Below are positions 11,701-21,873 of a stretch of 64,000 bases of DNA, piece after piece. This DNA is from a virus (taxonomy: Duplodnaviria > Caudoviricetes). Every line of letters begins with the position of its first letter. The first letter of the stretch is position 1. Below the pieces are notes generated by a model. The model was given only the letters and a program-made list of their open reading frames with translations. It had not been told where the DNA came from and made no database searches. The DNA is taken from the IMG/VR virus record IMGVR_UViG_3300029305_011823, one strand, 5' to 3'. The position numbers and the translations under genes are program-made.

Positions 11701-14700
11701 ACCTTCATTATAGTAAACTATACAAGGGAAACCGTCTATAGCATCATGATAACCATCTCTCTTAGCAGGTGACATTCCTCCTAAAGCATCTATAACTTGA
11801 TTATAGAATCTTGCAGTAGGCGTATTGTTTTTGTGTGATTGTTCCATGTACATTCTGTTACTTTCATTATTCATAAATTACTGACCATATATTAATATGG
11901 CGGGAATGGATCTTCTTTAGGTCGTTATTTCAGACCGCCCATTCCTCTCTAGTTTCATTGTTAGATTATATCTAGAGATCAGACTGTTGCATCATTAATC
12001 ATAAATGCCTTTTCGCTCAGTCGTTGTTGGTGTAATTTAAACGTTTTTATTTTCAAAATGTAGATATAAAAGTTCACCTGTTATTATATTTCTACCCGCA
12101 TGTTTTCGTTTTCCTCTACAAACTGCAGATATTGATGCATGTGAACAATTTATATTATATTCTTCTAGTAATATTTTTTCAGCTTCTCTATATGAATTAA
12201 AAGTTCTATTCAACTCTACACAATAAACTTCATTTCTATTAGGGCTAGCTAGACGTATTTTTTCTTTATGCTCTTCAGTATATGTTTTTCCATAATGTGG
12301 TGATAACTCACCTTTTTTACCGTACATACCGTTTTTCTCACCAAATAACGAACATTTTTTACGTTCTTCTTCGGTATGTGTGTAACCACTCACACCTTCA
12401 CCACCCCATGTTTGATTTACAAGATGATTTTCATTTTTAGTGTTATAACCATTTATTTCAATACTATAACCTTCATTAAACACTAAATCATGAATAGTCT
12501 TAACTTCTAATTCAAGAGCTTCATTTTCAGTTAAATTATCATATAATATTTCAATTTTATAGTCTATACTATTTATTATGTTTTTAAAATGTTTATTCCT
12601 ACCTGTATGATGTTCATAACATCTATTACCAGTACCTTTACCTATATAAAAATAATTATTTTTGTCTAATCTTACATAAGCATAAATGTAAAATCTATTA
12701 TCCATATTTATCACCTTCATTTTAAAACGTTTAAATAACTTCCAAGGCGTTGTCCTTCTCAGGAGTTTCGCCGTATATCAGAAAAGGTTTTTATAGTGAG
12801 ACTATACTTAATCACACTTTAATGTATATGTACTATCTTTAACCCAGTCGTCTTCCATACCTGGAGGAACGAATTTTAATTTAGATGTTTTTCCTTCATC
12901 CACCCAAGCTTTAATCTTATAGTTTTTAACAGGGTATTGTAGTGATGATGTACCTTGTAAATATACATCCATGTTATCATAAACTATTATGTTACCAGCA
13001 CCATCGTTATACTCCATTACACAATCAACGAATGTTGATTTAGATTGTTTTTTATCCTTGATTGAATGTAATGTTGCAAATGTTGCATTGTTTTCATATC
13101 CATCACCTATTTTTCTTTTAAATACTATAGTAGGTAATGTAGCTAAGTCTGTATTATTCTTATCGTTTTCAAGTTGTTGTTCTTCTGAATCGTATATATG
13201 TGATACATAGTTTTGTAAAACTTCTGATGATTTTAAGAAACTATTGTAAATACGTATGAATTTTATTTCACATTCACCGAAATTAGTAAATGAAACATTT
13301 CCTGCAGCATCTATCATTCTACATGCATTAAGTACTAAAGGATAAGCTTCTTTAGCACCGTCTAAGAAGTTTTCTTTACTTTCATCTTCATTTATAGTAG
13401 TACATGAACACATAACACCATTTATATATACACGTAGTGTATATGTAGGGTTAACGTCTTCTATCATATTTTGACCAACTTTTTCAAATGTTCTTATGTC
13501 TTTATCTACTACAAGTGTTATATGAACCCATTCATCTTCCATAAATCCAAGACTATTTACTTGAGCATTTGACGCTATAGCCATAGTATCATATGTTATA
13601 TTAATTCCTGGTTCATTTAATGGGTTTTCCATATTATTATTGAATTTTGTACATGTCATTACACGTGCATTCAATTCCCCTATATTTCTAGTACGTATAG
13701 CAGTTTCTATTGTTATACCTTTTTGTCCACCCATTTTAAATATTGAGAATGGGCTATAAGGTTTAGCTTCACCATTAACCATTTCAACAAGTTCACCATA
13801 TGATTCACCAGTGAATTTAAGCATCATTTCCCCATCTTCACTATCAGGTATTGATTCATCTACATGTTTCCATCCATTTGAACTGTAATTTAGTCCATGT
13901 AATAATATTCTGTATTTATCACCTGTGTGTCTAGATGAGTTACCCCAAATATTAGGACTACCGTCATTGTTCCCTTTAGTATTAGCGTCAAAGTAAGCTA
14001 TTAAGTTTGCGTTATCGATAAAAGGAACTTTTTGGTAAAGTGATTCAACAACTTCCATCATAACTTCAACAGGATCTGATTCAACACCACCATCGACAGT
14101 ATAACCTTTAATAATATATTTATATGTACCAGCTTCTAATTTACCAACTGACCAATAGTTAGTAACATTAACTTTTGCAGATATACCAGTATTACTAGTT
14201 TCTGCAACTAACTCTAAGTGTCCATTAACGTCTTTATACATTTGACCTTTCATTACAAAATAGTCTGCAATTCTACTGACTATTTTAAATGGTATTGATA
14301 TATACATGTTAGTATCATATTGTATACCTTTAGACTCATCTAATATAGCTATCTCTCCAGCTTTAAGAACTCTTATGTCATATGATAATTCATGAGATTT
14401 AAATGTACCTTCAGTTGTATCGGATACTGAACTTCCAGTATATGCTTGTGCTGTAATAGTATATAAACCTGCTTTATTTATTACAGGTGATTTCCATATA
14501 GTAGATAAGAATGTCCCTTCTAAAGCAAAACTATCATCATATACAGTTTCACCCGTTCCATTATTAACTAATTTAATTCTCATTTTCATACTTTGACTAG
14601 CATCTGCTAAACTAGCCATGTAAGGGAATTCTATTATATCCCCTTCTTCATATATAGCAGTTAATAATGTTTGTTCAAATGTACTTGTTAATTTCAATCC

Positions 14701-15417
14701 CCCAACTATAACTTTATAACTTAATGTTTCTGGAGCAGGAACTGTTAAATAGTCTGTTGCAGTAACAGTTATCTCATATGTACCATCTGATGTTATTTTT
14801 CCTAAATTAACTATAACGTTACCTTTAGCACCACTCCATGATTTAGCTAATGACCCATTGATATATACACGATATTTACCATCACCGAATGTATTAGCTG
14901 TGAAGTTAAATTTTATAATCAATTCTTGATCATCATTTAAATACATCTTAGTACCTTCAGGCATACTAGGATCGTATGATAACTTAGGTATTGTATTTTC
15001 TTTTTTATTTATTTTATCCCAAGTTGCTGGAACTTTTACACCATTTTCATTTTCTTTAACGGAAGTTATTATATAAAATCCTGGTTTAGCTCCACCATCG
15101 TCAGCATCGGATTCGTCAGCTATTACGTAGAATAATCCACCTACAGTAGCTTTGCTTATTTTCATATTAGCAAAATTAGGAACTATTGTTGTAGATGTAT
15201 TACTTACTGGTCCCCATACACCAGGTGTACCACCTTGATTACAAATCCACATAGGTTCGTCTATAGATGTAACTGGATTCGTATTAATAATCATATCACC
15301 AGTTAAATATGTACCCTCAGTTGGAATAGCTGAACCCTTCATAATTCTATTTTCTGTAAAATATGTATTCTGTTTATCAGAAATAAGTTTATTTTTTCTG
15401 TTATTTTCTTCAGCCAT
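5776..15417 (-). CDS. Giant (~2550 aa) putative virion protein with Ig-like/LamG, CotH kinase-like and LRR/BspA-like regions; 3 exons (15417-12811, 11850-11104, 10086-5776)
   Basis: In-frame splicing restores TLKCD|YMEQSH and DNCG|KNSMW. CotH-like motifs QGTSSLQYPVKNYK, IDGFPC and YDMDT; C-terminal MFxxCxxL repeats; AACA-N6-TA at 15461-15472. Confidence 0.8.
10087..11103 (-). mobile_element. Group I intron 2 of the CotH/LRR gene
   Basis: 5' exon ends in U (GGT) pairing with the intron's GCC (U-G wobble); P7 GACTG/CAGTC; ends ...AGAATG; core nearly identical to intron 1. Confidence 0.9.
10278..10979 (-). CDS. Intron-encoded GIY-YIG homing endonuclease
   Basis: YYVYQY...FYIGKG...R...E...N motifs; basic C-terminal NUMOD-like region; internal AACA-N6-TA at 11005-11016. 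Confidence 0.88.
   Translation of the reverse strand: MEKCYYVYQYIRLDNGSIFYIGKGKNNRYLRLDSRNDHFMNIINSVDCVVEIIYNNLTEREALELEMQTIHDLVFNEGYSIDIHGFNDKSNDNYLTNCTWGGEGTSGFSMKQSQETIEKRRLKNIGKKRTPEQKARMKEACRNRKEPNRSKESIEIQYSKSSYTQGTHVRCIELDRVFPSKRKALECMKEEFGIEFNKKTFTKHLNHELIKGHDWYGEILINGELVQLHWEMI
11851..12810 (-). mobile_element. Group I intron 1 of the CotH/LRR gene
   Basis: 5' exon ends GAT; P1 gtgtgat/gtctcac; core CTGATATACGGCGAAACTCC...CAACGACTGAGCG...GCAACAGTCTG; terminal G at 11851. Confidence 0.9.
12037..12720 (-). CDS. Intron-encoded GIY-YIG homing endonuclease (NUMOD3-like C-terminus)
   Basis: FYIYAY...FYIGKG; GEKNGMYGK/HYGKTYTEEHKEKI repeats; paralog of 10278-10979. Confidence 0.88.
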   Translation of the reverse strand: MKVINMDNRFYIYAYVRLDKNNYFYIGKGTGNRCYEHHTGRNKHFKNIINSIDYKIEILYDNLTENEALELEVKTIHDLVFNEGYSIEINGYNTKNENHLVNQTWGGEGVSGYTHTEEERKKCSLFGEKNGMYGKKGELSPHYGKTYTEEHKEKIRLASPNRNEVYCVELNRTFNSYREAEKILLEEYNINCSHASISAVCRGKRKHAGRNIITGELLYLHFENKNV

Positions 15418-15484
15418 TTTTATTTTCAACTCCTTCTAAAAATAAATTATATTTATTCATTACAAAATTGTTTCTCCTAATAAA

Positions 15485-15603
15485 TATAAAGATTGGAGTA
15501 TACCCCGTACTTAAACGAAGTATACTCCAATCAAACCATGGTATTGTCCGTCCTCGTCAATTCGAGGAGAGATGATATATATGTTAAACAACAATAACAA
15601 CTT
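15485..15603 (-). ncRNA. Candidate small RNA (or structured endolysin 3' UTR) with anti-AUG/anti-SD segment
   Basis: AACA-ATATGG-TA at 15614-15603; hairpin cctcg/cgagg; 13-bp terminator stem at 15491-15532. Confidence 0.4.
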
Positions 15604-15617
15604 ACCATATTGTTATA

Positions 15618-16442
15618 TTATTTTAATTTTATATAATCACCACAAATAAATGCTTGTTTTCCTTTATATATAACACCAAACCAATTGTTAAGACAATATT
15701 TAACTGTAACAACTTCTCCTTTTTTATATTGACCAAGGATTTTTTTATATTCTGCAGTTCCAGGTCTTCCTGCTCTAACATTTAATGCTGATGCAGTTAT
15801 AACTGCTTTTTTATTATAAGTTCCATTTTTAAACTTACCATCGGCATTTTTATGTGGATCTACAGGTTCTTTCGGTTTAGTTACTTCAACAACTGGTGCT
15901 GGAGTTGCTTCTATTTTAGCAATTATAGATTTTAAAGTTACTGCATATTTTTTATCCGTAGCCCATGTTCCAGATAAACCTTCTACTGTAGGACACTTAC
16001 CATATAAATAGGTAAAATGTCTTGGATCTAATGTTGTACCATTAGCTTTATATTTATCATTTGGATAATTTTTAGTTTCAGGTGAATACTTAGGACAATT
16101 CTTAGCTCCTGCATATAATCCAAGATGATCAGCATGAGCTTGAATTCCATCAGCCCATGATTTAAATCTCATATGTGCGTTAGCTTCATAATCCCCTCCA
16201 CCTTTTGTAGTTTTTAATCCACATGTATTATGGAATGAAGCATTTAACACTCCACCAAAATTAAAATATCCCGTCTCACAACAAACTTGTGCTAACATAA
16301 CAACAGGATTAATCCCATTACCTTCTGCAGCTTTCCATATTATCGGTAAATTCTCTAATAACAATTTATTTGCAGTTTTTACCGATTTTACCCAAGCTTC
16401 TGCTTGTGCATATGTTACTGTAGCCTTTCCTAATATGTTCAT
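15618..16442 (-). CDS. Endolysin: GH73-like glucosaminidase plus C-terminal SH3b
   Basis: LAQVCCETGY, HNTCGLK, LSGTWATDKKY; LNVRAG...NNWFGVIYKG SH3b pattern. Confidence 0.88.
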   Translation of the reverse strand: MNILGKATVTYAQAEAWVKSVKTANKLLLENLPIIWKAAEGNGINPVVMLAQVCCETGYFNFGGVLNASFHNTCGLKTTKGGGDYEANAHMRFKSWADGIQAHADHLGLYAGAKNCPKYSPETKNYPNDKYKANGTTLDPRHFTYLYGKCPTVEGLSGTWATDKKYAVTLKSIIAKIEATPAPVVEVTKPKEPVDPHKNADGKFKNGTYNKKAVITASALNVRAGRPGTAEYKKILGQYKKGEVVTVKYCLNNWFGVIYKGKQAFICGDYIKLK

Positions 16443-16454
16443 TAATATTCACTC

Positions 16455-16949
16455 CTATTTTAATAATCCTAATATATCATTTATTTTCTTTTTAAGTTTT
16501 TCATTTTCTTCTTTAGATTTTTCAAGTTCTTCTTTTAATTGACAATTTTGTTTATATCTTTCTTGAGCTTCAGATTCTAATCTTTTTATTCTATTTTTTA
16601 ATTCGTCTATCTCTTTTACATGTTCTAGAATCTCAGCAGTTTTTTCAGATATAGTTTTATGTTGTATTCTTATATTATTTTCTCTGTCTACTAATAATCC
16701 TTCAACTTTATTAGTTGCTTCAATCTGTTTATTAAGATCTTCTACAAGAGAATCTATAACATTTTGTTTTTCTACTACTACTTGTTCAAGTTTAACAATT
16801 TCTTCATCCCTTACAGAAACTTCTTTTAATACTTCATCTAATTGATTTGAGACTTCACCTACTATCCCAATTAGATCTTCAACAGATGCTTTCTCAACTT
16901 TTTCTTCTTTATCTTTTTTCCCTCTTGTTATCTCTAACCTATATCCCAT
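16455..16949 (-). CDS. Coiled-coil protein
   Basis: E/K-rich heptad pattern. Confidence 0.7.
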   Translation of the reverse strand: MGYRLEITRGKKDKEEKVEKASVEDLIGIVGEVSNQLDEVLKEVSVRDEEIVKLEQVVVEKQNVIDSLVEDLNKQIEATNKVEGLLVDRENNIRIQHKTISEKTAEILEHVKEIDELKNRIKRLESEAQERYKQNCQLKEELEKSKEENEKLKKKINDILGLLK

Positions 16950-16998
16950 TATTAATTCTCCTTTCTGATTTTAACATATGGGCTTAAAGCCCATATGT

Positions 16999-19122
16999 TT
17001 ATATTATTATGAAATTTATTTCTCTAGCATCAGCATTTACACTATCAAGTTTAACTGTAACTTCATCTCCTACCCTATAAGCAATAATGTGTGTTTCTTC
17101 AGTTCCTACTCCTTGACCTATCAACTCATGTGTATTTTCATTATACTCATAACGGTCTTCTGTTAAAGATTCAATAGAAACTAATCCCTCTACTGTATCA
17201 GGTAATTCAACAAAGAATCCAAAATGTGTTACGCTTGATATTATACCTTTAAAATCTTGACCTATTTTGTCTTCCATGTATATACACTTATAATATTTAT
17301 CTATATCTCTTTCTGCAACTTCTGCTTTTCTTTCCATTACAGAAGATTGTTCTGAAGCTTTTAATACTATGTCTTTAAGTTTATTTTGTCTATTACTATT
17401 TAATCCTCCTTTATTTATAAATTCTTTTATTATTCTATGAATTTGTAAATCAGGATATCTTCTTATAGGTGATGTAAAATGACAATAATACTCAGCAGCT
17501 AATCCAAAATGCCCACTACAATCTGGAGAATATTTAGCTTGTTTTAAAGAACGTAATATTAACGTACTTATAGCTTTCTCTTCTTTCTTACCTTCTACAG
17601 ATTTTATTATTTTTTGTATTTGTTTTGGATGAACTTCTTCTGTATCACCTTTTATTAATAAATCATAATTGTGTATAAATTTATTTAAAGCTTCTATTTT
17701 AGATGAACTAGGAGTTTCATGTATTCTATATACAAAAGGAATTCCTATCCAATAGAAATATTCAGCAACTGTTTCATTAGCTACTAACATAAATTCTTCA
17801 ATTATTTTATTAGCAATTCTTCTTTCATACGGTTCTATATTATAAGGTCTTCCATTTTCATCTAAATGTATATATGGTTCAGGGAAATTAAAATCTAATG
17901 CTCCTCTTCTTTCCCTTTTCTTCATTAATATTTTAGCCAATTCTTCAGCTTTAAATAACATATCAGCTAATTCTGGATTCTCTTCTTCATGTATGTGTTC
18001 TAATACATCTGATACGTTTGTATAAACCAATCTACCTTTAGATCTTATTACAGTTTCTTCTATGCTAGAGTTAACAACATTACCCTTACGGTCTATTTCC
18101 ATAAATACTGATAATGTCAATTTATCTTCATTAGGATTTAAGCTACAAACCCCATTGGATAATTGTTTCGGAAGCATAGGAATAACTTTATCTACAAGAT
18201 ATACAGATGTAGCTCTTTTTAATGCTTCTTTATCTAAATTAGATTTTTCTTTAACATAATGTGTAACATCTGCTATATGAACACCTAACATAAAATTACC
18301 ATTATCAAGCAATTTTACTTGTATAGCGTCATCTAAATCTTTTGCATCAGCACCGTCCATTGTAACTATGAATTCATCTCTTAAATCTTTTCTTCTTTCA
18401 TATTCTTCTTCAGGTATAGGTACTGCTACATGATTTGCATTATCTAAAACTTTTTGAGGAAATTCTAAAGGTAAATCATGTTCTCTTATAATAGATTCAA
18501 TCTCAATTCCTCTATTACCTTTATATCCTAAAACTTCTACTATTTTCCCTTCAGGTTTTTTATCGTCTTTAGCCCATTGTGTTATTTCCACAACAACAAC
18601 ATCATCTTCCATTGCTCCATTAAAATGTTTTTCTTGTATATAAACATCTGTACGTAATTCATTTCCCCTAGGAATTACAAATGCAAAATGTTCATGAGGT
18701 TTGAATGTACCAACAATTTGTGTTTTCACTCTCTTAATTACATTAATTATCTTACCTTCTGCTCTTCTACCACCTGATGCCTCTCTTGTTATTTCTGCTA
18801 AGACTCTATCTCCATGCATAGCTCCATTAACATCTTTAGATGGTATATACAAATCTCTTTCGTCTTCTTTATCAGATTCAACAAATCCAAATCCCTTTCT
18901 ATGAGATATAAATTTTCCTACGAAAATTCCTGCTTGATTTGGTGATATTATTCTGTCTTTTTTAGTTACTATGATATACATTTCATCTAATAATTCTCTC
19001 ATTACATTCATAACTTCTTGAGATTTTTCTAGACCTAATGCTATACCTATTTCTGTTAATGTCATTGGTTTGTAATTATCGTCGTTTATAAAACTAACAA
19101 TTCTTTTTTTAATATCATCCAT
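16999..19122 (-). CDS. rnr: Ribonuclease R
   Basis: HRKGFGFV cold-shock domain; DGADAKDLDDA and HFTSPIRRYPDL RNB motifs; C-terminal S1 domain. Confidence 0.95.
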   Translation of the reverse strand: MDDIKKRIVSFINDDNYKPMTLTEIGIALGLEKSQEVMNVMRELLDEMYIIVTKKDRIISPNQAGIFVGKFISHRKGFGFVESDKEDERDLYIPSKDVNGAMHGDRVLAEITREASGGRRAEGKIINVIKRVKTQIVGTFKPHEHFAFVIPRGNELRTDVYIQEKHFNGAMEDDVVVVEITQWAKDDKKPEGKIVEVLGYKGNRGIEIESIIREHDLPLEFPQKVLDNANHVAVPIPEEEYERRKDLRDEFIVTMDGADAKDLDDAIQVKLLDNGNFMLGVHIADVTHYVKEKSNLDKEALKRATSVYLVDKVIPMLPKQLSNGVCSLNPNEDKLTLSVFMEIDRKGNVVNSSIEETVIRSKGRLVYTNVSDVLEHIHEEENPELADMLFKAEELAKILMKKRERRGALDFNFPEPYIHLDENGRPYNIEPYERRIANKIIEEFMLVANETVAEYFYWIGIPFVYRIHETPSSSKIEALNKFIHNYDLLIKGDTEEVHPKQIQKIIKSVEGKKEEKAISTLILRSLKQAKYSPDCSGHFGLAAEYYCHFTSPIRRYPDLQIHRIIKEFINKGGLNSNRQNKLKDIVLKASEQSSVMERKAEVAERDIDKYYKCIYMEDKIGQDFKGIISSVTHFGFFVELPDTVEGLVSIESLTEDRYEYNENTHELIGQGVGTEETHIIAYRVGDEVTVKLDSVNADAREINFIII

Positions 19123-19154
19123 TCATCATTACCTCCTAAATTTTAATTATATAG

Positions 19155-19204
19155 TTGTAGAATAATAAATAAAAAATTACTAGAAGAATATTCTTCTAGT
19201 AATT
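19155..19204. repeat. ~50-bp promoter/terminator module, copy 1
   Basis: ttgtagaat.ataaataaaaaattactagaaga.ta.tcttctagtaatt, repeated at 19852-19901. Confidence 0.85.
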
Positions 19205-19818
19205 TATATTCCTGGTATTGCATCAGCAGGGAATCTTTGTTCAAATATTGCAGAACTTGCTAAATCTGCTTGTTGTATTAATAATATCAATTTATTTTTA
19301 TACATTGCATTCCCCATTGCTTTATTTTCTTGTTGAGATTGACCGAATGCACCCATATGCCAACATATGGCTTGTTCTTCTATTTCTTTTAATCTTATAT
19401 ATCTAGCAGCAATTAATGCTGATTGTGGTCCATGTTGACATTGTGGAATATTTTTATTCCCATATGTTTTATATTGAACCCATTTTCCATGATCATCTTT
19501 CTTCCATTTATATTCTATCGTATAATTTCCTATCTTACATAAATCATGACATAAACCTGAAATTATAATTGATTCTTCAGGTATATTAGTTTTATATAGC
19601 TTATTCAATTCCATTGCTAACTTCGTTAAATTTACACTATGCCATGCTAATCCTCCTGGATAGTTGGCGTGATAATATTGACTAGCGGGATGATCAAAAA
19701 ATCCCGATTCACTTAAATATTTTTTCAAATCTTCTATTCCATCTCTTTTAACTTTATCTAATAAAGAAAAAAATTCATCTCTTGTGTCTACAATAAATTC
19801 AGGTGTTCCTATATCCAT
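19204..19818 (-). CDS. HD-domain phosphohydrolase (YhaM-like HD domain)
   Basis: PASQYYHANYPGGLAWHS, LCHDLCK, HG, WHMG and QADL motifs. Confidence 0.88.
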   Translation of the reverse strand: MDIGTPEFIVDTRDEFFSLLDKVKRDGIEDLKKYLSESGFFDHPASQYYHANYPGGLAWHSVNLTKLAMELNKLYKTNIPEESIIISGLCHDLCKIGNYTIEYKWKKDDHGKWVQYKTYGNKNIPQCQHGPQSALIAARYIRLKEIEEQAICWHMGAFGQSQQENKAMGNAMYKNKLILLIQQADLASSAIFEQRFPADAIPGI

Positions 19819-19851
19819 TATAAACTCACCCCTTATTATTTTTCTAATTAA

Positions 19852-19901
19852 TTGTAGAATGATAAATAAAAAATTACTAGAAGATTAATCTTCTAGTAAT
19901 T
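19852..19901. repeat. ~50-bp promoter/terminator module, copy 2
   Basis: Near-identical to 19155-19204. Confidence 0.85.
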
Positions 19902-20136
19902 CAATAATTCCTTTTTCTATCATTCCTTTTAATAAATTAGATGATTTTTCTCTCATTAGTTGAGCATATTCTGATTCATCCCAATTTGCTGGAGATGGTT
20001 GACCAAATAAACCATCTAATATCTCATATTCAAGCATTCCATTTTTTTCACGTGCGTAAAATATTTCATATTTACCTATGGGCTGATATACAACAACCAT
20101 GGGTAATTGTAATACTTTAAATTCTTTGCCGAACAT
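19885..20136 (-). CDS. Hypothetical protein
   Basis: GGAGG RBS. Confidence 0.7.
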   Translation of the reverse strand: MFGKEFKVLQLPMVVVYQPIGKYEIFYAREKNGMLEYEILDGLFGQPSPANWDESEYAQLMREKSSNLLKGMIEKGIIELLED

Positions 20137-20138
20137 AT

Positions 20139-20243
20139 TTATTTACCTCCAAATTTTCTTTCGACAATATCTAATAACACTAAAATTGCTACAGGTACAA
20201 CTGTAACTATTAGGAATAATCCAAAGCTTAAAATGTCTCTCAT
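20139..20243 (-). CDS. Small membrane protein (34 aa, MRDILSFG...)
   Basis: AAGGAG RBS before ATG at 20243; one hydrophobic helix. Confidence 0.6.
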   Translation of the reverse strand: MRDILSFGLFLIVTVVPVAILVLLDIVERKFGGK

Positions 20244-20245
20244 TT

Positions 20246-20440
20246 TTATCGTCTCCTTTTTATTTTGATTTTTTGTATAATTTGTATTATAAAATCCATT
20301 AAAGCCCCAAAGCATCCATATATAATTATAATCCATGTAATAGCAAATATTATTTCTACAATATTTAATCCAATCAATACAGATGAATCAATCATTAGAA
20401 ATAATAATCCTACTACAGCTCCTATGATAAATCCAAACAT
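20246..20440 (-). CDS. Small two-helix membrane protein
   Basis: Hydrophobic; start overlaps the helicase stop. Confidence 0.65.
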   Translation of the reverse strand: MFGFIIGAVVGLLFLMIDSSVLIGLNIVEIIFAITWIIIIYGCFGALMDFIIQIIQKIKIKRRR

Positions 20441-21873
20441 TAATAATCAACCTCACTAACACTATAACATTTTTCTTTAAATACTTTTAATCTTTTTCTA
20501 TACATATCTTTTACTTTAGGAAATCCTACATCGATTAGTTCTATATGATACGTATATTCATCTGGTATTTCTCTTAATCTACCACATACTTGATTTGCTG
20601 TTATAGTTGCATTATAAGGTTCTAACATTATGTTATATCTTAAACCTGGAACATCAAATCCAGTACCACAACTTTGTGGAGTTGAACTTATTATATCCCA
20701 CGTTTTTACTCCTTCTTTGTCAGCTTTAGAAACTTTAGAATGGTAAATTCCTGTTACTTTATCAGGATACCATTCAACTATTTTTTCTTTAAGAATATCT
20801 GCACTTTCTATTTTAGAACTTAACACTAATGCTTTACCTTCTATTTTTCCAAAGGTGTCCATTACATATTTAACAACGTCAAATATAATTCCTTTATTTA
20901 ATTGATAATCCATATAGGCATGCCTATTAAATCCCATTTTAGTTTTAATTGACATTTGGTCTTCTAACGTAGGTTTGCTATTAAATTTAACTGCAATATA
21001 TTTAATATGCTTTCTTTTTTCTCCTCGTGTTTCATAACCATACTTAGCTATATTCTTAAAACATAAATGGAATACTCTGTCTTCGCCTATATCCGTTCTT
21101 TCAAATGTTGCTGTTAAATAAAATGTCTTATATACGTTTGTATTTAGATCTATATTTATAATAGATTTAAAATGTAAATGTGCTTCATCATATACTTTTA
21201 TTCCAACTTGTATAGCTTCAAAAAATCTATTTAAATTATCCCAACCATGTTTTTTAGCATATGCTTGAATTGTACCATGGTTAACTAAATACATATCATA
21301 CAACTTAGAAGATTCTTGAAGCATATCTTCCATCTTCTTTGTACCTGACAGGTCACAAATTCTTCTTGGGTCTATATTCGTAAATTTAACCAATGACTTC
21401 TTCCATTGGTCTTTAATATTTTCCGTATGTGTAATTATAATTGCTTTCATCCTATGAAGGCACAGAGAAGCTATAACACAATAAGTTTTACCGTCACCTG
21501 TATCAAGGTTTAATGATAATTGTGAATATTCTTTCGTATATTTAAATTTACCCTCACCTGTTAAGAAAGCCAATGATTTGATTTGTATATCATCTCTAGG
21601 TTCAAAATGTAATTTCAAATTTGTCTTTTCATAAGGATTAAAATTTCTATCTGTATGAACTGGTGCTTTTAGTTTACTAACTAAAAAGTTTACATCTATT
21701 CCTCTAGGAACGGACAAAATCTTTTCTTCTTCATTATATTGTAATCCTCTCGGTTCCATTCTGAAATAAATCGGATTCCAAACACATAAACTATTTTCCA
21801 ATTCTTCACAATCTCCAATGTTGTATCCATGTATATCGATTCGTGTATTATACAAAATTATTTTTTTATCCAT
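20440..21873 (-). CDS. Superfamily 2 (DEAH, UvsW-like) helicase
   Basis: TGDGKT, DEAH, TAT, GTGFDVP and QVCGRLR motifs. Confidence 0.92.
   Translation of the reverse strand: MDKKIILYNTRIDIHGYNIGDCEELENSLCVWNPIYFRMEPRGLQYNEEEKILSVPRGIDVNFLVSKLKAPVHTDRNFNPYEKTNLKLHFEPRDDIQIKSLAFLTGEGKFKYTKEYSQLSLNLDTGDGKTYCVIASLCLHRMKAIIITHTENIKDQWKKSLVKFTNIDPRRICDLSGTKKMEDMLQESSKLYDMYLVNHGTIQAYAKKHGWDNLNRFFEAIQVGIKVYDEAHLHFKSIINIDLNTNVYKTFYLTATFERTDIGEDRVFHLCFKNIAKYGYETRGEKRKHIKYIAVKFNSKPTLEDQMSIKTKMGFNRHAYMDYQLNKGIIFDVVKYVMDTFGKIEGKALVLSSKIESADILKEKIVEWYPDKVTGIYHSKVSKADKEGVKTWDIISSTPQSCGTGFDVPGLRYNIMLEPYNATITANQVCGRLREIPDEYTYHIELIDVGFPKVKDMYRKRLKVFKEKCYSVSEVDY

Noticed and set aside
10087-11874. Identical N-terminus MNNESNRM on the 263-aa and 1444-aa ORFs as a shared signal peptide
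   Set aside because: It is the translated 3' end of the two homologous introns, not a protein start.
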